Below, piece after piece: positions 29,881-40,430 of a DNA stretch of 64,000 nucleotides. The notes beneath the pieces were generated by a model. The model was not told the origin of the DNA, did no database searches, and saw only the letters and a list, made by a program, of their open reading frames with translations. The translations under genes were made by a program, and so were the position numbers. This stretch comes from Azolla caroliniana. Its lineage: Eukaryota; Plantae; Polypodiophyta. How positions within the stretch are numbered: position 1 is the first letter of the stretch; each line of letters opens with the position of its first letter. The stretch spans positions 7,192,001 to 7,256,000 of the forward strand of contig JBHGNT010000001.1 of the NCBI GenBank assembly GCA_043228905.1, given 5' to 3'.

Positions 29881-30673
29881 AGATGTCGGGATATTATGCA
29901 AGTGCGTGTGGAACCGAGGCGGGACCGCGGGGGTCTCGAACCAAAGAGCAAGCGAGGGAGGGGAAAGAGAGAGAACCGGCTACGCAGGACCGGGGGTACA
30001 CAGGGACACGGCCCTTCAGCACGGAGAACACGAACAGACACCGACACAGACAGATGCGAATGGCTAAATGTGTATATTAAGAAAAACGGCTAACACGACT
30101 ACAACCCTCGACGGGGCACAGGTTGGTTACGACCGAACAGGCCGGCGAACAGATGCCGATGCCTGTTCACTTCGACGCTCAAAGGGGCTGTAGCTGGTCG
30201 GAGGTGCTGCCGGAAGCACTCGGGCGTTCCTCGAAAACAGCGCGAGCCTCCTCGGAACCCTGCACGGAAAGCTATGGAGCTCAAGAAGGAAGGAAACAGA
30301 GAGCGAAGCGTCCAGAAACGGTCCGGCAGCCCTTCGTCCTCTCTGCGCGAGATATCCCTGCAACAGCTCTTTCCCGCTCCTTATATAGGCCGACGAGCAG
30401 GCCGTCCTGTCCGCTTTATTCCCTGTCCCTTTTGGACAGGGATCCGCTCCGTTTTTCACGCATCCGCGTAGTTACGCCGCCGACTCGTACAGTTCGCGCG
30501 CGCGACCGAAAAGACTGTTCGCGCGGTCTTTGTCTCCACTTGAGTTAGGGCCCGTTCCTGCCGATTATCCTCCTAATTCGCTTCTATGTACTACTTGGAG
30601 CGTGCGCGCGTGAAGAACCGGTTCCCACGCCTTGGTGCGCCGATTCCGCCTATGGACGGTTTTCTTCACGACA

Positions 30674-33600
30674 ACGTACTTCTCCTGTGACAGCCACAAC
30701 TGCTTCTGGCTCCGGTCCCGGATGATGTGCATCCCTAGTATTTGTCTCGCCGGACCCAGGTCCTTCATTGAGAAGGTTCGGTGAAGAGCCTTCTTCAGCA
30801 TCCGGATCTTGACCTGGTCCCGTCCGACGATCAACATGTCGTCCACGTACAGGAGGAGTATTAGAAAGTCTCCTCCTTCGAACTTCTTCACAAACACGCA
30901 GTGGTCGGACTGCGTTTTGAGGTACCCTTCGTCGGTCATGAAGGAGTCGAACTTCCGGTACCATTGCCGGGGAGCCTGCTTCAGTCCGTAAAGGCTCTTC
31001 TTCAACCGGCATACCAGGTGCTCCTTCCCTTTCTTCTCGAATCCTTCCGGTTGCTGCATGTAGATCTCTTCATCGAGGTCACCGTGAAGGAATGCCGTCT
31101 TCACGTCCATCTGTTCTACCTCGAGGTCCATGCTTGCCGCTATGCTCAGCACCGTCCGGATGGAGGTCATCTTCACTACCGGGGCAAATATCTCGTCGAA
31201 GTCGACGCCCTTCTTCTGCTGAAACCCCTTCACCACGATCCTGGCTTTGTATCTCGGGGGGTTTCCGGCATCTCCCGGTTTCAGCTTGAACACCCACTTG
31301 TTTCGAAGTGCCCGCTTTCCTTTCGGCAACTCCACAAGTTCATATGTGTGGTTCTCATGCAGGGAATCCATTTCGTCCTGCATGGCACTCAACCACCTGC
31401 GGCTCTGGGTGTCATGTTTTGCTTCTTCAAAGCTCTCCGGCTCCCCCTCGTCGGTTAGCAGCACGTGCTCTGGTTCCGGAAATCTCCGGGGGGCCCTTCT
31501 CTCTCTTAGAGGATATCTCCGTTCCGGAGCTTCGGTAACCGGTTCTTCCGATTCTTCTTCATCCGAATCCATTTCGGGATCGGGGCCGGTTCCGGTATCG
31601 TTTTCATCTTCTTCGGCCGGTTCTGTTTCTTCACCGTCTTCGGCCGGATCCTCGAGTGCTAACCGGTCCCTTGCCGGTCGGGACTGCTCCTTGTAGAGTT
31701 GATCCTCACCGGTCGACTTGGAGCTCTTCATCTTCGTCTCCGACTCCCAGTCGGCGAGTGTCTTGTCCTCCATGAAGATGATGTCTCGACTCCTGAATAT
31801 CTTCTTGTCGACAGGGTCCCATACTCGGTAGCCGAACTCGTCATCGCCGTAACCGAGGAATATGCATGGCCGGGTCTTCGGATCTAGCTTTCCTCTCCGG
31901 TCCTTTGCCACATGCACGTATGCGAGACACCCGAACACCTTCAGATGCCGGTAGGACACTTCCTTACCGGTCCACACTTTCTGCGGCGTGTCTCCATCCA
32001 AAGGCACTGAGGGTGATCTGTTTATCACGTATGTCGCCGTCGACATTGCCTCAGCCCAAAACCCCTTGGGTAATTTCGCATGCGCCAGCATACTCCGGAC
32101 CCGCTCCATTATGGTCCGGTTCATCCTCTCAGCCAGCCCGTTCAGTTCCGGCGTCTTCGGCACAGTAAACTCGAGTCGGATTCCCTTCGAGCGACAGTAC
32201 TCCTGGAACTGCCCCCGGTATTCCCCTCCGTTATCCGCTCGTATCGCTTTCAGCTTCTTGCCGGATTCCCTTTCCACTCTCGCGTGGAGTTCTTTGAAGA
32301 CGCACAACACTTGGTCCTTTGTCTTCATCGGTGCCGTCCACAGTTTTCGGCTATGATCATCGATGAATGTTACGAAGTACTGGGCTCCGCCATGTGACTT
32401 CGTTTCTACCTGACACACATCAGTGTGCACCAACTCCAATGGTGCGCTCCGTCTCGTCGGTGGCCTTGAGTGGAAGGAGGTTCGGTTCTGCTTACCGGCC
32501 AGGCAATCGGTGCACTTCTCCAGGTGCACATGCTTCACTGGGATAAGGTTGTCTTCTGCAAGCCTCTTCATCCCCTTCTCACTCATGTGGCACAGTCTCT
32601 TGTGCCACAGCTCACCGGCAGTGTCGGCTGCCACATTCAGTTCTTCCGGACATAACCGGGCATTCATCAGGTACAGTGTGTTGACTTTCCGGGCCCGAGC
32701 CACTATCAGGCTCCCCTTGCTGAACTTCATTACGCCGTTCCGGATGCTACCTGTGTAGCCTTCATCGTCTAGCCTCCCGGCCGAAATCAGGTTCAATCGA
32801 ACCTCCGGAACGTGTCGGATATCCTTCAGCAGCATTTTGCATCCGGTCGGGGTTGTCAACCACACGTCTCCTATGCCGGAAATCCGGCACGTACCTTCAT
32901 TTCCCATCCGAACACAGCCATGCTCACCGGCTGTGTAGGATGAGAAGTATCTTCTCTCCGGGGTCAGGTGGAACGATGCTCCGGAATCGACCACCCAGGT
33001 CGTCTCATCGCCGGCAACGTTTAGCTCACCTTCTTCGGTGATGAGCATGATTTCTTCCTCACTTGCCGCGAGTGCCGTTGTTCCTTTCCGGTCCTGTCCT
33101 CGCCGATCCGAACCATTCCGGTCCGTGGCTCCCCGGTATGCACCGTTTCTCTCCGGTGACTTCTTCGAATCGGTGTTGTCGGTTCCATTGTCTTTTCGGT
33201 AATGCCGACAATTCTTTCGGAAGTGCCCCGGCTTCCCACAGTGGAAGCATGTGGGCCTTCCTCTTGACTGCGACCGGGTCCCCGACTTCTCCCGTCTTTG
33301 CGGACTCCGGTTCCATTGTCTTCCCCGATCCGATTCGGTAAACAACATCTTCGGGTCGGAGGCCGGTTCCTTATCTCTCCGACGCGCTTCTTCATTCAAA
33401 ATACTTGTCTTTACCGTTTGTAAGGACAAGTTATCTTCGGTGCAGGAGGTGCTGAGAGTCACCACCAAGTTCTCCCAGCTTTCTGGCAATGTACACATCA
33501 GGATGATGGCTTGCATTGCATCCTCCAACGGGAACTTAATCGCCGCAAGCTGGTTCACGAATCCCATGAACGTGCTTACGTGTTCAACCATACTCTCGCC

Positions 33601-33945
33601 GTCCCGGTACTTGAGGTTCACTATCTTCCTCATCAGGGAGGTCCGGTTCAACGCATTCTTCCTCTCGTAGAGGCCCGACAGCTTCTTCCACATCTCATAT
33701 GCGTTGGTGTCGTTCGCCACATGTTGTAGGACGCTTACATCGACATATTGTCGGATCGTCGCTACGGCTTTCCGGTTCAGGAGCTTCCACTCCGACTCAA
33801 GTACCCCCTTCGGTATTTCCGACCTGTCAATCGGTTCGTACAGGTCCCGAACAATCAGAAGATCCTCCATCTTGATCTTCCAGTCGGCGTAATTCTGCGC
33901 ATTCAGCACCATCATCCCCGGCTGCCCGCTGCCGCCGCCTTCCAT
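30674..33945 (-). CDS. C2 Gag-Pol polyprotein, uninterrupted until Gypsy D
   Basis: CCHC knuckle, DSGAS protease, LWHKRLCH/CTDC, VHTDVC..FIDD..RADNGGEY..NGLAERMN integrase, QMDVKTAFLHG and LLYVDDML RT. Cut after SQEKYV. Confidence 0.93.
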
Positions 33946-34584
33946 TTTCTGCAGCAGTTCGCTCTGATACCAGTTTGTTGGGAATCGATGCTTCGATTCA
34001 CCTTCTTCCTTTCGGCCACAACCGAGTAATCGCGGATCAATGCAGCAGAAAATAGAAACCAAAAGAGAGAAACACACGAGTACACAGGGATTAACGTGGA
34101 AAACCCTAGATGGGAAAAACCACGGGAGTACAAGACTCCAAACAACACTATACAAGAGAAGTATACAATGACGAGCTCCAAGGCGACGACCTTGAGCTCG
34201 CTGTCCTCGCCACAGGCGGCGGAAATACACAGAGGCGTCGTCCTCTTCCTCTCTCGCGCTCTATCTCTCACTCTGTCTCACGGCTGCTCCCTCTTCACTC
34301 CTCTTGAGTGGAAAAACAGAAAAATGATAAGCAACAACAACACTGTTTGCCCTAAGTCATATTTATACTTATATGACTTTGGGCTATTTACAACTGTAGC
34401 CTCAGGGGCCCATAGCGAACATATTCACGGATATGTCCCTGCATCCGGATCGCTCTCCGGGTACATTCGTCATCCGGTACCGAAACCGGGGTCTTCGTCA
34501 TCCGGATCCGAAACCGAAACCGGGCTTGTCGGCATTCATCTCCGATATCCGACCATCCCATGAGAAGGGACCGTAATCCCAACA
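30674..34584 (-). mobile_element. Ty1/Copia element C2, a sister subfamily of C1. 5' LTR 33976-34584, PBS 33961-33972, gag-pol up to late RT; 3' half missing
   Basis: LTR begins with the same terminus as C1 (TGTTGGGATTACGGTCC) but has different U3 repeats and U5. iMet PBS. Open gag-PR-IN-RT frame. Confidence 0.9.
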
Positions 34585-35632
34585 CATTTCCCATCCGGAC
34601 ACAGCCGTGCTCACCGGCTGTGTAGGATGAGAAGTATTTCTTCTCCGGGGTCAGGTGGAACGACGCACCGGAATCGACCACCCAGGTCATCTCTTCACCG
34701 GCAAGGTTCAGCTCCCTCTCTTCGGTAATGAGCATTATCTCTTCTTCACTTGCCGCGAGTGCCGTCGTTCCTTTCCGGTCCTGCCCTCGCCGATCCGGAC
34801 CTCTCCGGTCCGTGGCTCCCCGGTATGCACCGTTTCGCTCTGGTGACTTCTTCGAATCGGTACCATCGGTTCCGTTGTCTTTCCGGAAATGCCGACAGTT
34901 CTTCTGGAAGTGCCCCGGCTTCCCACAGTAGAAGCATGTAGGTCTTCCCCTCGACTGCGACTGTGTCCCCGACTTCTGCCGTCTTTGCGGACTCCGGTTC
35001 CGTTGTCTTCCCCGTTCCGATTCGGTAAGCAGCGCCTTCGAGTCGGAGGCCGGTTCTTTATCTCTCTGACGCGCTTCTTCATTTAGAATACTTGTCTTTA
35101 CCGTTAGTAAAGACAAGTTCTCTTCCTTACAGGAGGTGCTGAGAGTAACTACCAAGTTCTCCCAGCTCTCCGGAAGGGTACACATCAGCATGATGGCTTG
35201 CATTGCGTCATCCAACGGGAACTTGATCGCCGCAAGCTGGTTCACGAATCCCATGAACGTGCTGACGTGTTCGACCATGCTCTCGCCGTCCCGGTACTTA
35301 AGATTCACTATCTTCCTCATCAGGGAGGTCCGGGTCAGAGCATTCTTCCTCTCATACAGTCCGGACAGCTTCTGCCACATCTCATAGGCATTCGTATCGT
35401 TCGCCACATGTTGCAGAACACTTACATCGACATATTGCCGGATCGTCGCTACGGCTTTCCGGTTCAGGAGCTTCCACTCCGACTCTATTACCCCCTTGGG
35501 TATCTCGGCATTGTCGATCGGTTCGTACAGGTCTCGGACGATGAGAAGGTCTTCCATCTTTATCTTCCAGTCGGCGTAGTTCTGTGAGTTCAACACCATC
35601 ATGCCCGGAGGCCCACTACCGCCGCCTTCCAT
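34585..35632 (-). CDS. C1 gag and start of protease, truncated by the C2 LTR
   Basis: NYADWKIKMEDLL, CFYCGKPGHFQKNC zinc knuckle, WVVDSGASFH. Homology stops at CVRMGN where the C2 LTR begins. Confidence 0.9.
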
Positions 35633-36360
35633 TTTCTGTGTTACCGTCGCTCTGATACCACTTTGTCAAACACGGTGCTCGGCCACAACCGAGGAATAGA
35701 ATCAACTCTCAGAAAACGGGAAATACCAATGCACGAAGACAATAGAGAGAAGAGTACACAGGATGTTTTACGTGAAAAAACCCTAAATGGGAAAAACCAC
35801 GGGAGTCCTCAGACTCCAACTATCACTACAAACAGAGATGTACAATGGTGAAGCAACAAGGCAACAACCTTGAGCTCACTGTCTTCGCCACAGGCGGCGG
35901 TAATACACAAAGGCAACGACCTCTTCGTCTCTCTCTCTCTCTTTCTCTCTCTCGGCTGCTCTCTTCACTCTTGCACACGCATGAGAGTGGCAATACACAC
36001 TAGGCAACAACATACAGCAACAACAACATAAAACAATTTGCCCTACGTCATATTTATACACATATGACTTTCGGGCTATTTACAAATATAGCCTCAAAGG
36101 GCACTTGAAAAACATATTCACAAATATGTCCCCGCATCCGGATCTCTCTCCGGGTACATTCGTCATCCGGCTCCGTAGCCGGGGTCTTCATCATCCGGAT
36201 CCGGAACCGGGTCCTCATCATCCGGCTCCTGAACCGGGTCTTCATCATCCGGCTCCGATACCGGGTACTCCTCATTCGGGTCTTCATTCCCGATTCCCGG
36301 ACATCCGACCATCCCATCCGGAGGGACCGTAATCCCAACAACTTGAACTTGAGGGGGCGT

Positions 36361-37096
36361 TGTCGCGGAACTCTACGGGTACGTGAGGGATCTTAGGCAG
36401 GACCGCGGGGGTCTTGGACTAGGGAATAAAGGGGGAATGGGAATTTAACCTTTACGACCTTTGAGCTCAAGAGGAAAGGAGAAAGAATAAGAGGTTAGCA
36501 TGATAGAAAAAATAAAGACAAGATACATCAACAAATTATACTAAGAATCCATTATACGATTACAACCATGGCCACATAGGCCAAATCAAAACCCTAGAAG
36601 AAACCCTAACCGGATAGGTAAAGAAGAAGAAGAATGAAACCCTATGCGAAACCCTAAACTGAAACCCTCAAAATGGCGACTCCCCAAAGAAAACCCAAAA
36701 AAAGTGGAAGCCCCTCAAAAGTGACCCCTCACTCCCTTTTATAGTAGTAAGGGGTGAGACACATTACATAAAGAGGAGTCAAATCCCCTTTCCTTTACTG
36801 GGGAATATATCCCATGATCTTAGATTTGTGGGCCTTTAACTCTCTCCCCTCATTCTTTCAATGCAACTGTCCATCATATTTGTACCCCCATGTACTCCCC
36901 TTTCCTACGTGCCCATGTGCACACAAGTCCACATCGTCATATTTACACTGAATGAATTTTCATAGAACACCTTACACTTTACATTTGTTTATCTACTCCT
37001 AGGTTACAAATTTAATAAGTATATGTGCTACGTTGCACATTTTGTTTTATTTGTTCCGCTCGGGTTTTCTCACCATGGATGAAAATCCTCACGACA
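36361..37096 (-). mobile_element. Solo LTR (E), related to the Gypsy D LTR
   Basis: Plus-strand termini TGTCGCGG...TCACGACA. Shares GGACCGCGGGGGTCT and the terminal motif with D. TATAAAAGG on the minus strand. 4-bp TSD GCGT/ACGT. Confidence 0.8.
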
Positions 37097-37741
37097 ACGT
37101 GTTGAGAAATCAAGCTCAACTTAGTTTAGTTAGTTAGTCAACCATGTAACTTCGTAGTTACCTAGATAGAATCTAGTTTGAAGTGTTGACTATAACGCCT
37201 TAACTAGGACCTTGTACTTAAGTCGGATATTCTAGATCCTCCACTCCCAAGTACATTTAATGTAGGACTTATACCCTTGTACCTATATTCTCCTCACACA
37301 TGTGTACCCTTGCACATGAGATCTATATATACCTCATTATAGGTATTTTTGTATTTGATAATGATGATGTTAATTTAATATAGAGTTAATCATCCCCCAT
37401 CTTGTGTTGTTCATAAGTGTAACTACTTCTCTCTCTTCCTCTCACATATACACACACACACATATCACATAATCTTCCGCTTAGCTTAATCACATAATTA
37501 GGTACTAATTAACCCATAGTTAATTACCTAATTATTAACAATAAGCATCTAGCCAACATCAACAAGGTCAAATCCCTCGTCTCCGACAAATTCGAGATGA
37601 AGGACATGGAAGAGCTCCATTAATTCCTTGGCATCAAGGTAATTCGAACTCCAACAGGCATTATGATCTCCCAATGACACTACATCCTCAACTTTTTATA
37701 CAAGTTCGAGATGACTAAGTGCAAATCTTTGGCAAATCTTT

Positions 37742-37944
37742 GGGAGAGAGAGAGAGAGAGAGGTTTCCAAGCCGGTTTGGAAACTGGTTTCTAAGCCGTT
37801 TACCAAACCAGTTAGCCTAAACCGGTTTGTGAACCAGTTCGGTTCGGTTCAGGTTTGAGATCCCCAAAACGGTTTAGGCTTAGCCAGTTTGGCCTGATCC
37901 AAGCCAAATCGGCTAAGCCTAAACCGAACCGTTGTCGATCCCTA
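37742..37944 (-). mobile_element. One-ended hAT-like DNA transposon fragment with (GA)n inside A's RT
   Basis: Terminus TAGGGATCGACAACGGTTCGG and many AACCG/CGGTT subterminal repeats. Adjacent RT sequence appears deleted. Confidence 0.55.
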
Positions 37945-39111
37945 CCGATCAGTCTCCTTAACCAACTCATGCAAAAGCCACATGACATTCACTTGGATTG
38001 CGCTAAGCGAGTGTTATGATACGTGAGCGGCACAATGGATTGTGGCATTCTCTACAAATCAGCCACATCAATTTGACTCGAGGGGTACACAAATGCCGAT
38101 TAGGCCGGTTATAAGGTTGATAGACGATCGACCTCCGGATTTGTTTTCTCCCTCGGTAATAGAGCAATATCCTAGAGTAGCAAGAAGCAGACGATTGTTG
38201 CACTTTCAAGCACAAAGGCCGAATACAAGGGCACGATTGTGGATGCATGTGAAGTTGTATGGCTCAAGAGGATTTTGAAGAATCTAAGCGTTCCCATTAA
38301 GGATCATATTCCCCTTTACTGCGACAACATGAGCAATATTTATCTGGCTCGGAACCCAGTGTTCCACGCACGCACAGAGCATATCAAAGTGCACTATCAC
38401 TTTCTCCGAGAGCACGTTCAAGTTGGAGATGTCGACTATCAACACATCAACACGAATCTTCAGATAACCGACATCTTCACCAAAGCCCTAGGAGCCGACA
38501 AGGTTCGGCAATTCATGTTAGACCTTGGATTGATAATCCTTGACTTGTCAAGCTTGAGGGGGAGTACAAGAGAGAACTGAACACCGTCCGAACCGGATAC
38601 CAGCTGAAGCAGACATCAACTGAAAGAAGTCAGCCAAAGTTGAACTTGAGGGGGCATGTTGAGAATCAAGCTCAATCTAGTCTAGTGTGTGAATACACCA
38701 TTGAGAATCAATGAGCACTCAAACATCAAAAGCCACCACTACTCTCTACACATTAACTGTGTCATACAATCATATTCTATGACACATAAATAATGAGTTC
38801 CATATTCCCCATGACTAATGAGTCTCCACATTCCCCAAGGTTCTAGAGAGAGAGAGTGGGTGTTATAGTGAGTTAATGAAGAGAGAGGATGACCTTATAT
38901 AAAGCACCCTCCTCATACTTCATATAGTGCTAGTTATCCTCCCTTGTAATGCTATATTTTTGTACTTGATATTCTCCTTGTTAATATACATATTCTTGAG
39001 TACTTCATTTCATTTATTTATCTTGTGTTTTCTCTCCTCTCCTCTTCTCTTTCCACACACAACACACATCTCTTCCGTTGCACAGAATCCTATTTGATTC
39101 TTTACATGTTT

Positions 39112-40430
39112 CAAATCCCACCATGCCTTCATGATACCCAAAAAAACTTATCATGGCGAAAAATATCAATGGAACAATTAAAATCTCTTCAAAACCACCA
39201 TCTAATACTATCTTTCCAATTGCCACCTCTAGAAAGCATAACTTTAACCATTCTTTGCCTTAAGATTTTTTTCCAAGGCTCCCCACGAGGCAACAAACCT
39301 CTTATAGTAAATTTTCCCAAAAAAGCCTTACATTGTAAAAGAGGATCAATCAATCCAAGACCACCCTCGTCTATTGGAGTTGTTATAACTTTCCAAGATA
39401 TCTTGGCTCTCGCTATGAACAACCTTTAGATCCCCAAAGGAAATTCCTAATAAGCCTTTGTACTTGTGGTAAAGTCAAATGTGAGCACAACCAAGCCAAT
39501 AAAATGTACCACATGGAAGCCAACAATACTTGATTGGCAACAACAACCCTACTTGCCAATGACAATTTAGTAGTATTCCAATATAACAATTTCTTCCTTA
39601 TAGCAAGCAACAAAGGAGCTACATGATCTTCCGGCGAAAGATTAATACCTACTTGACATCCCAAGTATCTTATAGGTTTACCATGTGGAATCCATTGAAA
39701 CCCTTCTTGTGTACACCACAAAAGGTTTACTGTGGTGTGGTACCTACCCAGAACCCCATAGACTTATTCCAATTAATAATAGTTCCAGAAGCATAGGAAA
39801 ATGTATCAATAGCCCGTTGTACTCTAGAAACATTATCGTGAGAACCTTGCAAATACAAGGTTGTATCATCAGTAAATTGACAATCCACAATTTGTTCCTC
39901 TAACCATGGCCATTGCAGTCCTTTAATATTCACAACATTACTTGTAAGAAAGTTACTACTAAAAGTTTCTCCAATCATCAAATATAAAAAAGGAGTCAAT
40001 GGACATCCCTATCTCACTAACCTCGAAATTGAAAATGCTTGGCCTAGCTCTCCAACTACTAATACCCTACTAGTGGCTGAGTTGTAAAGAGTTGAGATTG
40101 TCATTAACCATTGATTAGGAAAACCTAACTTTTCCATGGTGCCCCTCAAAAAAGACCAATCTATTATGTCATAAGCCTTTTCGAAATCCAACAACAAGAT
40201 AGCTAAATCCTCTTTCCTTTCTTGTGAAATTGCAACAGCTTCCCAAAATAAAAAAATGTTATCCAATATACTGTTATCTTGTAATAACCCTGTTTGGGTG
40301 TTATGAATGACGTCTATTAAAAAAGTTTGCAATCTCATAGCCAACAACTTAGCATATATTTTGTAAATAGTATTCGATATAGTAATGGGTCGCCACTTCC
40401 TAATATCAACCACTACCCTTCCCACTTAGG
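39112..40430 (-). mobile_element. LINE reverse-transcriptase remnant; the upstream half of the LINE split by A
   Basis: WRPITISNTIYKIYAKLLAMRL, LLDFEKAYDIIDW, QFTDDT, YLGCQVG, RNFLWG, GGLGLIDP, with stops and frameshifts. Confidence 0.9.

Larger units (their letters stand above)
23374..30673 (-). mobile_element. Ty3/Gypsy element D (no chromodomain), intact. LTRs 29884-30673 (5') and 23374-24163 (3'), 790 bp each
   Basis: LTRs differ at about 2 positions by eye (C/T). Ends TGTCGTG..CCCGACA. tRNA-Trp PBS, PPT aggtgggggcgga. Two long ORFs in PR-RT-RH-IN order. Confidence 0.95.
22486..36340 (-). mobile_element. Ty1/Copia element C1 (Tnt1/Tto1-like), young. LTRs 35664-36340 (5') and 22486-23162 (3'), 677 bp each
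   Basis: About 4 mismatches between LTRs by eye. Perfect TSD ACTTG at 22481-22485 and 36341-36345. iMet PBS at 35649-35660. PPT agtgaagggggag next to the 3' LTR. RNase H tail (AAYHSRTKHIQRRYHWIRE) at 23173-23373. Confidence 0.93.
18994..37540 (+). mobile_element. Ty1/Copia element B, related to A and inserted in A's RT. LTRs 18994-19429 and 37100-37540; RT/RNase H deleted
   Basis: TG..CA LTRs with visibly more mismatches than the C1 or D pairs. TSD GTAAG/ATAAG. PBS tggtatcagagc at 19430. Gag (CNYCGKIGHCEEEC), protease (WFVDSSAS) and integrase with stops. PPT gaggggg at about 36351. Confidence 0.92.
15179..39106 (+). mobile_element. Ty1/Copia element A, degenerate and outermost. LTRs 15179-15605 and 38657-39106; internal sequence 15606-18993 and 37541-38656
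   Basis: TG..CA LTRs. TSD TGTTT at 15174-15178 and 39107-39111. PBS TGGTATCAGAGC (tRNA-iMet). PPT GAGGGGG. Broken gag, protease (WFIDFGASNHM), GAG-pre/integrase (LWHKRIGH, IHSDVWGP), RT (LYIDD) and RNase H (CDNMS..NPVFHARTEHI). Confidence 0.93.

Noticed and set aside
33946-34230. N-terminal extension of the 1221-aa C2 ORF, and likewise 29841-30047 for D
   Set aside because: They run through LTR and PBS sequence from non-ATG starts; the likely starts are the ATGs after the PBS
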